Made by a program: the position numbers and the translations under genes. Below are positions 50,385-59,997 of a stretch of DNA of 64,000 nucleotides, piece by piece (positions within the stretch are counted from its first letter, which is position 1; each line of letters starts with the position of its first letter). The DNA lies in the NCBI GenBank assembly GCA_963807605.1, contig CAWECG010000001.1, forward strand, positions 128,001 to 192,000, given 5' to 3'. Below the pieces are notes generated by a model. The model searched no databases, had not been told where the DNA came from, and saw only the letters and a list, made by a program, of their open reading frames with translations. Origin of the DNA: Candidatus Bathyarchaeota archaeon. GTDB lineage: Archaea; Thermoproteota; Bathyarchaeia; 40CM-2-53-6; RBG-13-38-9.

Positions 50385-51233
50385 ATGGCTGGTAAGATCA
50401 CGATAGCATATCTGGGCCCTAAAGGGACCTTTACTGAACAAGCTGCAAGAACATTCTTTCCAGGTCCTCATGAGTTCATGGATTGCAGAGATATTCCGGA
50501 GATCTTCAGTGCGGTGACATCTAACGTCGCCGAATATGGAGTTGCGCCTGTTGAGAACTCTATCGAAGGTTCTGTCAGGATAGCTTTAGACCTCCTCCTA
50601 GAATCTGACATCAAAGTCACTGGTGAAATTGAGCAACGGATAGTCCACCATCTTATAGCTGATGAAAGTGTTGAGATCTCAACAATACGGGCAGTGGTCT
50701 CACATCCGCAGGTATTCCCCCAATGTAGGAACTTCTTGAGGGAAAGACTCCCAAAAGCCGAGTTAGTAGAAGTCGGGAGTACAGCAGCAGCGGTCAAGTC
50801 GGTTAGAGGAACCAAAGACGTGGCCGCTATTGGCAGTGAACTGGCTGCCAAGATATATGGCATGAAGATACTCGTGAGAGGCATAGAAGATAATCCTAAC
50901 AACTCCACCAGGTTTTTTGTTCTCGGATATAGAGTGGCGAATAGAACTGGAAACGATAAGACTTCGATAATCTTCTCGACAAAGCATGCTCCAGGAGCGC
51001 TCTATGAAGCCCTTGGGGTCTTTGCCAAGAGAAAAATCAACCTTACGAAGATCGAGTCTAGGCCAACACGGAAAACGCCTTGGGAATATGTGTTCTACTG
51101 CGATTTTGAAGGACACCAGGAGGAGAGACTAATCCAAGATACTCTAAACGAACTCAAAGACAAGACGATTCTCCTTAAGATCTTCAGGATCATACCCCAA
51201 AGCGAGGAATTAGCTCAGTATTTTTTTCACTGA
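50385..51233 (+). CDS. pheA: Prephenate dehydratase, frameshift near 51185 (corrected end about 51213)
   Basis: LGPKGTFT, PVENSIEG, NSTRF, INLTKIESRP; GSYP lies in the shifted frame. Confidence 0.95.
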   Translation: MAGKITIAYLGPKGTFTEQAARTFFPGPHEFMDCRDIPEIFSAVTSNVAEYGVAPVENSIEGSVRIALDLLLESDIKVTGEIEQRIVHHLIADESVEISTIRAVVSHPQVFPQCRNFLRERLPKAELVEVGSTAAAVKSVRGTKDVAAIGSELAAKIYGMKILVRGIEDNPNNSTRFFVLGYRVANRTGNDKTSIIFSTKHAPGALYEALGVFAKRKINLTKIESRPTRKTPWEYVFYCDFEGHQEERLIQDTLNELKDKTILLKIFRIIPQSEELAQYFFH

Positions 51234-51266
51234 GTAAACTCCAAATGATCTACAAGTCTTTGCGGC

Positions 51267-51707
51267 TTATCCTTTTTTTCTATGAGTGACTTTTTCGATT
51301 GCGTTTTGCAGTTTTCGCGGCTCGGCAGAATACAGTCTTATGAACTCGCCTCTTCTTGGACGGAAGACCGAGACATAACCTCGTTTCTCGTTTACTTTAG
51401 CAAGGTAGTTGGACTTCAAGGGAATGAGCCTTTTCCCTTCTGAGTCAATTCCTGTTGACAGGACTCTGTAACGACTGGGTATTATCAAGATGGGAGAAGG
51501 GAGAAGTAGGACGGAGAGGATCAGAAATACGATCATTGATATCAGAAGGTTCCCGACATGGAAGACTACTACTTGAACAAAGACGACCACATAAAGAGTC
51601 AAGATATCCAGCAGGAAAATGAGGATTGCCCTTAGGATTCTTCTATTACGGTCGGCTAATTTTAGGTCCGTTGAATCAGTCTGGTACAGGACATCCTTAT
51701 CCGTCAT
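51267..51707 (-). CDS. Hypothetical membrane protein (2 TM plus soluble domain)
   Basis: 146-aa ORF. Confidence 0.65.
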   Translation of the reverse strand: MTDKDVLYQTDSTDLKLADRNRRILRAILIFLLDILTLYVVVFVQVVVFHVGNLLISMIVFLILSVLLLPSPILIIPSRYRVLSTGIDSEGKRLIPLKSNYLAKVNEKRGYVSVFRPRRGEFIRLYSAEPRKLQNAIEKVTHRKKG

Positions 51708-51998
51708 TAGGTTAACCTGCTATTGAATGGTTCATAGCTGTGTCTTTTGCGGACAGAAAAACTTTCTTGACAATCACTCCTATCGCAATCCAAGACCTGT
51801 AGTAATAGGAAACGATTTGATTTAATAGTCGAAACATGATGGCTTATTCGTCTACTCTAAATGAACATGGGAACCTAATATCGGAACTTTGAGAGTCATC
51901 TGCTATTTGTTTTCATTGTCCCCCCGAGGCAAGCTTAAATAGAGTGGTAGATTCTAAAAGCAAGAAATCTGCAACATTTCTTGGATTGGGTGCTAGGT

Positions 51999-52448
51999 TT
52001 GGCCAGAATGTACACAAGCAAGCGAGGAAGATCCAGCTCCACTAGACCAATCAGCAAGAAACCTCCAAGTTGGTGCAAATACCGGGAAGAAGAGGTAGAA
52101 GCGATAATAATGAAACTTTCAAAGCAGGGAAACAATCCAAGTACAATAGGCACTATTCTCAGAGATACCTACGGCATACCGCTTGCTAGATCGATAACCG
52201 GAAGGAAGATGGGACTGATTCTGTCACAGTCACAACTTTCTTCCACCATTCCTGAAGACCTTCAGATCCTTCTCGAGAAGGCTAAGGCGCTCGCCAAGCA
52301 TCTTGAAAGGAATAGGCAGGACTCCGTCAACAAGCACGGCCTCACCCATGTTGAATCAAAAATACATAGACTCGTAAAATTCTACAAGTCTGAGGGAATC
52401 TTGCCAAAAGACTGGAAATACACCCACGTCGCAGCATCCGTCGAATAG
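51999..52448 (+). CDS. rps15: Ribosomal protein S15 (uS15)
   Basis: MARM..RGRSSS, PSTIGTILRD, IPEDL, ESKIHRLVKFYK. Confidence 0.96.
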   Translation: MARMYTSKRGRSSSTRPISKKPPSWCKYREEEVEAIIMKLSKQGNNPSTIGTILRDTYGIPLARSITGRKMGLILSQSQLSSTIPEDLQILLEKAKALAKHLERNRQDSVNKHGLTHVESKIHRLVKFYKSEGILPKDWKYTHVAASVE

Positions 52449-52717
52449 AAGGTCTTCTTAACGCATGCTCTCCAGAGCCTACTATAGGTAGCAATTTTAA
52501 CCTCGCCACTGTAGCCGTATTCATGGTTATTCTTTCTAAAACAGCATGTACTAGCTGCCGTTATGAGGATGCCTTATGTTCTGCTCGCAAACGGAACTAT
52601 ACGGATGGTCATTGTTTCCATCGTGAAAAGATGGAAGATCAGGCAAATGCCTGGCTTTCGGGGACTAGTGAGGCTAAGACATGGGGAAAGGTGAAGGAGA
52701 GCGTACGTTTATGATCA

Positions 52718-53218
52718 TTACTTCCCCGTTTGACTTATTCCCAGTTTCTTAGCTAATTCAGCAGTTTCGTCGTCGCTCATCCAGAACACCTTGAGGTAGT
52801 TGTAGATCTCCAAGTCACTCATCCCGATTTGTCTGGCCTCTTGAACCGTGCACTTGTAAGCCTCGATCTCCGTGGGTCTGTCCACATATTCGAAGCTGTC
52901 GTTGAAAAGCTCATTACCCTTCAAAAACTGCTTCACGTGGACCAACTCATGAATCAAATCCAAGTAGATCTCCTCTACATTACCATGCTTCAGGTAGTAC
53001 GTACTGACGATCAAGTGACCGTCCTCATCGCTTACCCCCATATACCCGTATCTTGACGAAAAGAACTCGACCTTCAGGTTGCGAAGCACCTCTTCAGTCT
53101 TATCGCCGAAAATGCGTCTAACCGCCTCAGCCTTCTCAAAGCCCTTAAAGTGATCAGAGAATCTGTACAGCGCCACCTTGACAGTTCGAGGAATCTCGAC
53201 ATCAGGCATATTCTTCAT
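52718..53218 (-). CDS. Hypothetical protein with zincin-like HExxH motif
   Basis: LIHELVHVKQ..YVDRPTEIEAY. Confidence 0.7.
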   Translation of the reverse strand: MKNMPDVEIPRTVKVALYRFSDHFKGFEKAEAVRRIFGDKTEEVLRNLKVEFFSSRYGYMGVSDEDGHLIVSTYYLKHGNVEEIYLDLIHELVHVKQFLKGNELFNDSFEYVDRPTEIEAYKCTVQEARQIGMSDLEIYNYLKVFWMSDDETAELAKKLGISQTGK

Positions 53219-53519
53219 GAATTGTCTTCCTCAACCTTGATGAACACAAATCTCAGGTTCTGTAGGTTCCTTCTTCAGAAGAAACTAATGAGACTATGGA
53301 TTGCTCCATGAGGTTCCTTCCCCAGCTTGGAAGGGGATCCTGCGCTGTGGATCTCTGGAGTCTTAAACACACAAGTTACAATACATATCTTTTAAAATGG
53401 GTCGACTGATAGTTCGCCAGCCACTTTACAACAGCCAGATCGCCAAACATGTGACGTTTGACCGACCAGGATCCCGCAAAATACAGATATAGCGTAGATG
53501 AGGAGTTCGTTGAACAGGA

Positions 53520-54950
53520 ATGCTTGATTCTCATAAGAAGCTCATAGACGAAGCTGAACGAGCTGCCGAGAAGATCAAAGATAACATATCTGAAGGATCT
53601 CGTATTGCGGTCGGTTGTCACTTCGATGCTGACGGACTGGCTGCCGCCGGAATATTGGTGAAAGCGCTTTACAGAGCAGGTGCATCGTTTCATTTGAGGG
53701 TCTTGAAGCAGCTTGACCCGCAGGACATCGAGTTCTTTTCCAAATCCGCCTCTGATGCAGTGATCCTTGCGGACATCGGAAGTGGCTATCTTGATCTTCT
53801 GAAGGATCTAGCGAACTCAAAGGACGTCTTTGTCTTAGACCATCACCAAATCAATGGCGAGAACTTTGGGAGGCTCATACACGTCAACCCGCATCTATCA
53901 AACCTCGATGGAGGAAAAGAAGTGAGCGGCGCCGGAGTCTCCTACACAGTGGTAAAAGCGTTGGACCAGCAAAACATCGACCTGTCTCCCTTGGCGGTTG
54001 TAGGAGCTGTAGGAGATATGCAGGATAAAAATGAAGGGAGAACACTTCGTGGATTCAATTCGCTTATAGTGGAAGATGCCGTCAAGTCAGGTCTTCTCAA
54101 AGTTGAGACGGACTTGATAATCTACGGAAGAGAGACGAGGCCAGTCCACAAGGCTCTATCACATACAGTGAATCCATTTCTTCCCGGGCTGAGTGGACAG
54201 GAAGACAACTGTTTCGCATTACTATCTTCATTGTCGATACCAATTAAGGTCGGCGACAGATGGAGAACTGTGGTTGAACTCTCTAGTGATGAAAAGAAGA
54301 AGATACTATCGGCTATAGTTGAAAAGATCACCTCTGGCGGTCTTTCAGGAGCCGTTGTCATGAACTTGATCGGAAGCGTCTATACGCTTCTTGGAGAAGA
54401 AAATTGGACTCCTACACGTGACGCGAGAGAATATGCCACATTGCTAAACTCCTGTGGAAGAATGGGCCATCCGTCGATTGCGATAGCTGTATGCATGGGA
54501 GAGCGAGGCCCTACAATCGCTGAAGCCAACAAGATCCTTTCAGAACATCGAAAAGCTCTGGCGACGTATATGACTTTGATAACAGAGAAGCCGTCTTCCG
54601 TAGAGAGTCTCGGGAGACTTTCTGTAATTCATGGTGAGGAGTATTTAAACGAGAATATGACTGGAGCTGTATCCTCCTTGCTGTCGTCATCTGAGACATT
54701 TGCTCCAGGCAAAGTGATCATTGTTTGCGCCAAGACGAGAAATGGCGAGATAAAGATCTCAGCTAGAGCCACCGCGAAGATGGTTGAAAAAGGGGTAAAC
54801 CTGGGTCACTCCCTCCAACATATCGCCGAGAAATACGGAGGAATTGGTGGCGGCCACAAAATTGCAGCCGGTGCCCAGATTCCTCAGCAGAGATTGAAGG
54901 AATTCCTCAAAGAACTCAGCGATGAGCTATCAAGGTTGCTTCAAGAGTGA
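53520..54950 (+). CDS. RecJ-like DHH/DHHA1 protein (GAN/Cdc45-related)
   Basis: HFDADG, DIGSG, LDHH, GAVGDMQ, GGGH..AAGA; conserved position after uS15. Confidence 0.92.
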   Translation: MLDSHKKLIDEAERAAEKIKDNISEGSRIAVGCHFDADGLAAAGILVKALYRAGASFHLRVLKQLDPQDIEFFSKSASDAVILADIGSGYLDLLKDLANSKDVFVLDHHQINGENFGRLIHVNPHLSNLDGGKEVSGAGVSYTVVKALDQQNIDLSPLAVVGAVGDMQDKNEGRTLRGFNSLIVEDAVKSGLLKVETDLIIYGRETRPVHKALSHTVNPFLPGLSGQEDNCFALLSSLSIPIKVGDRWRTVVELSSDEKKKILSAIVEKITSGGLSGAVVMNLIGSVYTLLGEENWTPTRDAREYATLLNSCGRMGHPSIAIAVCMGERGPTIAEANKILSEHRKALATYMTLITEKPSSVESLGRLSVIHGEEYLNENMTGAVSSLLSSSETFAPGKVIIVCAKTRNGEIKISARATAKMVEKGVNLGHSLQHIAEKYGGIGGGHKIAAGAQIPQQRLKEFLKELSDELSRLLQE

Positions 54951-55201
54951 ATATAACAATCAATATCCGCCTTCGAAACACACGATTGGCTAAGGCCCTC
55001 GCAAAGGCTCTTGAACCTGATAATACGCTTGCTCCGTCAACACTGAGTGTAAAGACTTGGGCAAAGAAGGACATTGCAACAACATCGATAACCTGTAGAA
55101 AGAGCCTTGAAACATTCATAGCAACCATAGATGACTTACTATTGTGTGCGGATGCGGCACATAAGACGCTGGAGGATGTTGAAACTGGTAAACGAGCTTA
55201 G
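54947..55201 (+). CDS. pcc1: KEOPS subunit Pcc1
   Basis: ALEPDN..ATIDDLL pattern and synteny. Confidence 0.85.
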   Translation: MNITINIRLRNTRLAKALAKALEPDNTLAPSTLSVKTWAKKDIATTSITCRKSLETFIATIDDLLLCADAAHKTLEDVETGKRA

Positions 55202-55202
55202 G

Positions 55203-56759
55203 ATGTGCGCAAAGATCCTACTGAGGTTTAGTGGAGATATCGAAAAGGCAAAAGAATCAATTGGCGAAGCGATTGAAGAAGCAAACAAGACAATCTTGAT
55301 CAAAGGCGCACCCCAAAATCAGGAAGCCGAGGCTGCAAGAATAATCACTTGGAATGTTAAAGGCTCGTCTCTAGAATTGGAGATCGATTCAGGGAGACTC
55401 GTCAGGGCAACCACTGCCGCCCTTAGGCTGCAAAAATTCTTGGGAAACATCTTAGGCAGAGACTTCAAGATTGGGATACGGGAGCTGAAGGCTGAGACGA
55501 TTGAATTCTCGATTCAAAGCGATCATGAAATTGATCGCGAAGTAATTAATCGAATAAAAGCGATTCCAAATATCTCAAGTGTCAAGCATGAGGCTAACAG
55601 GGTAAGGATAACAATTGGCCAGATGAGTGAACACGATCTAAAGAACAACGTCCCTGACAGGCTCATAGCCAGGGCCAAGGATCTCTTGGTCAGCGCTCCA
55701 AAACCACTCACCCCCTTCCAACCGGTTCTTGTTGTAAAGAGGGGCGAGGTCAAAAAGGCGAGATTTGACAAAGATCCGATGCAGGTCGCCATAAATTTAG
55801 GATGGATCAAAGAATTCCCTGGACGCGGACAATGGATCTACACAACTCCCTACGCCCAGCTATTCGAGATCATAAGGGATAGTCTCATTGACGAAGTCGC
55901 AACTCATCTAGGCTTTCAACCATTCATGCTTCCCAAACTGATACCATTAGAGATCATGAGGAAGATGCCAGGATACCTCGATGATATCCCTGAAGGAATG
56001 TACTATTGCTTTCCTCCTCCAAGAGACCCAGAAGCCTTCAGCACATTCAAGGAGACTCTGAAGCTTACAAAGGAGATATCCAAGGAGGAACTCAAGAAGG
56101 CCCTCAAAGATCCAGAGTATGTGCTTGCTCCAGCCCAATGTGAACCATTCTGGCAGTTCTACGGAAAGGAGACCTTGAATCAGGACGATTACCCATACAA
56201 GCTCTACGACACCTCGGGCTGGACTTACAGATGGGAGGGAGGTGGGGTAGAAGGTATGGTGAGAGTACATGAATTTCAGAGGATCGAACTGACGTACCTC
56301 GGTACTCCAAAACAGGTGATCGAGATTCGAGACGCCGTACTGGACAGGCTACTCAATGTTGCGGACAGAACACTTGATATGGAATGGAGGGTGACAGCGG
56401 CGATACCCTTCTGGGCACGTGAAGGAACCATAGAAATGAATATTCAAGACAGCGCGGAAGTACCTGCGTACGATCTTGAGATATATCTGCCATACAGAGG
56501 AGCCAGAGAGACATCCGAGTGGCTCGAAGTTGCGGGATGCTTCGTACACAAACTGAAATTCGTGGACAGCTTCGGTATACGCGAGATCAAGAATAGAGAG
56601 ACCTGGACAGGATGCTCGGGCCTCGGCTTGACACGATGGGTCGCGGCCTTCCTGGCAACTCATGGCTTTGAACCAGAAGACTGGCCAAAGAATGTACAAG
56701 CCAACTTCAATGAGAATTACAGGTTGCCCAAGAGTCTGCTCTGGCCACCGAAAAGATAA
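55203..56759 (+). CDS. serS: Seryl-tRNA synthetase, methanogen (type 2) form
   Basis: IDSGRLVRA N-domain, GWIKEFPGRGQW, PAQCEPF, SGWTYRWEGGG, EFQRIE, WTGCSGLGLTRW. Confidence 0.92.
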   Translation: MCAKILLRFSGDIEKAKESIGEAIEEANKTILIKGAPQNQEAEAARIITWNVKGSSLELEIDSGRLVRATTAALRLQKFLGNILGRDFKIGIRELKAETIEFSIQSDHEIDREVINRIKAIPNISSVKHEANRVRITIGQMSEHDLKNNVPDRLIARAKDLLVSAPKPLTPFQPVLVVKRGEVKKARFDKDPMQVAINLGWIKEFPGRGQWIYTTPYAQLFEIIRDSLIDEVATHLGFQPFMLPKLIPLEIMRKMPGYLDDIPEGMYYCFPPPRDPEAFSTFKETLKLTKEISKEELKKALKDPEYVLAPAQCEPFWQFYGKETLNQDDYPYKLYDTSGWTYRWEGGGVEGMVRVHEFQRIELTYLGTPKQVIEIRDAVLDRLLNVADRTLDMEWRVTAAIPFWAREGTIEMNIQDSAEVPAYDLEIYLPYRGARETSEWLEVAGCFVHKLKFVDSFGIREIKNRETWTGCSGLGLTRWVAAFLATHGFEPEDWPKNVQANFNENYRLPKSLLWPPKR

Positions 56760-57036
56760 AGACAATCCAGGCAGACGCTAACGGTGGGCTAAGAAAATAC
56801 CTTCATCAGAGGATCTAAAGCAAAACAATGCGCGCTCTTCTTGGAGGACGAAGTGACTACGAACCTCTAGGGTTCTGCCAAGTTGTCGGTTGATACGCCT
56901 CTAGAATTGAACTGTCAAAAATCGGTTGATGCAAGCGACCTTACCAAGTCTCTATCGGTTCGTCTAGTTTCTAACTCGTGTCAAAAATCATCGAGTGCGA
57001 CACATGTTAAATCTGCATGTGGAGTGAATCTTAACC

Positions 57037-57381
57037 ATGGAAATCGGCAAGATACTAAAAGCAATTCTTGCGTCAATTGGCGACATCGCTTCTATTTCTT
57101 GGCTCCTAGTCTTGCTGGGAGTTATCCCAGAACCTATCTTTCATGGAGCTGAGTTCTTGGCAACATACTACCCATACTTCGTGCTTTCGGCACTGGCGAT
57201 GTTCTTTTCGTTTACCCTTTGGCTGGGCTATCAGTTGGGTCTTTACAAAGAAAGAAGAAAGAAGGGGAGAAGTTCTCTCTACATCGGAGCGGCGCTTAAG
57301 GAGGGTCGAGATTATAGAATCACAGGTCAAGTAAGATCGAAAGATGAGCAACATGAGTCAAGCAACGAGAAATCAAGTTAG
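57037..57381 (+). CDS. Hypothetical membrane protein
   Basis: Two TM segments; accessory position between serS and rps3ae. Confidence 0.5.
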   Translation: MEIGKILKAILASIGDIASISWLLVLLGVIPEPIFHGAEFLATYYPYFVLSALAMFFSFTLWLGYQLGLYKERRKKGRSSLYIGAALKEGRDYRITGQVRSKDEQHESSNEKSS

Positions 57382-57777
57382 TTCCGCTCTTGTTCTTTCG
57401 AGTTTTGCGAGTTTCTTCAATAGGACTAGGTCTGATTCGCACCCCTCGGTAAGCGCCTTCAATCCAAGCTTACGTATGCGTGTCAACACAACCGTGTAGC
57501 TCTTCAGCCGCTCACCTTTCAGATAGGCTTCCAGTACCTTGCGTTCAGGGGGGATACTGGAATGCGTTGGTAATGACTGCTGGTCTACAGGCGTTGCTCT
57601 TCTTCCTCATCGCAAAGGGTTACTATTGCTAAACACAAAGACCCTCTGAATTATCAACCGTTATTTTACAGCCACGAGAACTTACTGTATCAACCGCAGA
57701 CTTTACAGAACCAACCTCTAGCAAACATTTTAAGGATGGGCATTGTAGTAGCTCGAGCCAAGATCGAGGTCAAGTGT

Positions 57778-58431
57778 TTGTCGAAAGCTCCTGGAAGAAT
57801 TCGTGATAAATGGCGCATGAAGGAGTGGTACCAAGTATTCACGCCATCCTACTTCGGAGAGTTGAATATTGCAAACATACCCTGCGCGGACCCATCTAAA
57901 CTAGTCGGAAGGGTTGTGGAGAGCACACTCTACGAAATTACAGGAGACTTCTCCCATCAATCGATCAAGCTCTACTTCCTTGCAAAAGAAGTGAAAGGAG
58001 AAAAGATCGAGACAATACTCAAAGGACACGAATATTCCGCAGACTACCTCAGGAGTCTCGTGCGAAGAGGTAGCTCTAGGATAGACGGTATATTCAAACT
58101 AACGACCAAAGATGGATATACAAGCCGAATATCGGTAGTAGCCTTTGCGAAGGGCAGGATCAACATCTCACAGCAGCACACAATCAGGAGGATGATGCGA
58201 GAGGTTCTTGAAGAAAAAGCTAAGACTCTCAGTTACGACCAGCTTTGCCATGAGATGGTCCTTGGCAGCGTAGCAAAAGCAGGCATCGGCTCAGATATCT
58301 ACAACCTCGCCAAACGTATAAGCCCACTCCGGCATGTCGGAGTTAGGAAATCAAAATTGCTCTCTCTGCCAGTGGCAGCAACTCCTGAAGCGGCTGTGGC
58401 AAGTGTGGCAACCGAAGAGACTCCCGCCTAG
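57778..58431 (+). CDS. rps3ae: Ribosomal protein S3Ae (eS1)
   Basis: RDKWRMKEWY, GRVVESTL, DYLRSLVRRGSS, PLRHVGVRKSK. Confidence 0.96.
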   Translation: MSKAPGRIRDKWRMKEWYQVFTPSYFGELNIANIPCADPSKLVGRVVESTLYEITGDFSHQSIKLYFLAKEVKGEKIETILKGHEYSADYLRSLVRRGSSRIDGIFKLTTKDGYTSRISVVAFAKGRINISQQHTIRRMMREVLEEKAKTLSYDQLCHEMVLGSVAKAGIGSDIYNLAKRISPLRHVGVRKSKLLSLPVAATPEAAVASVATEETPA

Positions 58432-58544
58432 ACCTCTTCTCATCTCAAGGCGGAGATCCCTCTGCGAGGAGGATTTTGGCCTCCACATATGTCATAGTAT
58501 ACAAGATGTCGAAGACGAAAAGTGGACCAGTTCTGTGATATGAC

Positions 58545-59915
58545 TTGAAGGAGAAGCTCTTCGGATCATCCGGCGTCCGAGGTGTTGCTAACCTCGATCT
58601 AACCCCCGAGTTTGTACTCAGGTTTGGCCTCACACTAGCCAATTTTACGGCAGGCGGCAAGATAGCAGTTGGATTCGATACTAGGTCATCGAGCCAGATG
58701 GTTGTTCATTCCTTGATAGCGGGACTGTTGGCAGGTGGAGCTGAGGTTAAGAATCATGGTTTGATCCCTACACCAGTCTTGGCCTATTTGACCGCGGATG
58801 CAAAATGCAAGGCTGGTGCTATGGTGACTGCCAGCCATAATCCTGCCGACTACAATGGGGTGAAACTCTTCGATAAAGACGGAATGGCGTTTAATCATAA
58901 CTTGGAGAACGAGATCGAGAGACGGTACAATTCGACTGACCTGAAGCGTGCGAGCTGGAGTGCACTTCGCACAGTCGAGACAGTGGACTCCACTAACCGG
59001 TACATCGAAATGATCAGAAACATGGTCTTCATCGAAAAACCGTGGAAGGTAGTCGTAGACCCCGGATGCGGAGCTGCATACTCCCTAGGGCCTAGGTTGT
59101 TCCGCGAGCAAGGATGCAAAGTCCTGACTGTCAACGCTCAACCCGATGGATTCTTCCCCGGGAGAGATCCTGAGCCCAGCGCCGATTCACTGAATGTCTT
59201 ATCAAGAATAGTTAAGGAGACTGGCTCAGACGCGGGAGTAGCATATGACGGCGATGCCGATAGGATGGCCATTGTCGACGAGACAGGAGAATTGGTGCCT
59301 ATGGACCAGTTGATAGCCGCTTACGGAGCCTATCTTGTATCCTTGAACGAGAAGACGATAGTTGTTCCAGTTGACGCATCGATGTGTATTGAGGAGAGTA
59401 TCGTGGGCATCGGCGGGAGCGTCATCAGGACAGCCGTCGGTGACGTAAATGTCGCCGAAGCCGTACTAAAGCACAAGGCAGCGCTCGGAGCAGAAGCAAG
59501 CGGTGCTTGGATAAACCCCAACTATAGCCTCTGTGCTGACGGAATCCTCTCAAGCATGCTGGTCTTAGCTACAGTCTCAAGTCAGCGAGTCAACACAACC
59601 CTCTCCAAGTTCGTAAACTCGATTTCCCGATACCCAATACTAAGAGGCAAAGTCCCCTGTCCGGATGAGCTCAAGACCGAGGTTATGAACGAGTTTCAGT
59701 CAGAGCTTTTCAAAATCATGCCTGAGAAGAGTGAAATTCTTACTATCGATGGCGTGAGAGCCGCTTCGGAAGATGGATGGATATTGATAAGGCCCAGCGG
59801 CACTGAACCGGTACTAAGAATAACCGTTGAGGCCAAAGATCGCTCCAAAGCAGAACTGTTGATGACTCAGACTCTCGCGCTAATGCAGAACATGATCAAA
59901 CGCTTATCCCACTGA
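58545..59915 (+). CDS. glmM: Phosphoglucosamine mutase
   Basis: LFGSSGVRG, TASHNP, DGDADR, RPSGTEP. Confidence 0.92.
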   Translation: MKEKLFGSSGVRGVANLDLTPEFVLRFGLTLANFTAGGKIAVGFDTRSSSQMVVHSLIAGLLAGGAEVKNHGLIPTPVLAYLTADAKCKAGAMVTASHNPADYNGVKLFDKDGMAFNHNLENEIERRYNSTDLKRASWSALRTVETVDSTNRYIEMIRNMVFIEKPWKVVVDPGCGAAYSLGPRLFREQGCKVLTVNAQPDGFFPGRDPEPSADSLNVLSRIVKETGSDAGVAYDGDADRMAIVDETGELVPMDQLIAAYGAYLVSLNEKTIVVPVDASMCIEESIVGIGGSVIRTAVGDVNVAEAVLKHKAALGAEASGAWINPNYSLCADGILSSMLVLATVSSQRVNTTLSKFVNSISRYPILRGKVPCPDELKTEVMNEFQSELFKIMPEKSEILTIDGVRAASEDGWILIRPSGTEPVLRITVEAKDRSKAELLMTQTLALMQNMIKRLSH

Positions 59916-59997
59916 GTCTACTAAAGTTCTCTTGTTGAACCATCTCGATTAAGTTACAGAACAAGATGCAAGAACGTTGGTATAGCTGGTCTAGATT

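Noticed and set aside
20188-51233. Single-base frameshifts in ndk (~20528), ilvN (~34624), the DUF2721-like gene (~42877), HAD (~46797) and pheA (~51185), plus an odd lysY start (~26872)
   Set aside because: Scattered 1-nt indels with no shared slippery motif or BHB fold, in otherwise intact genes. Most simply sequencing errors rather than programmed frameshifts or pseudogenes.
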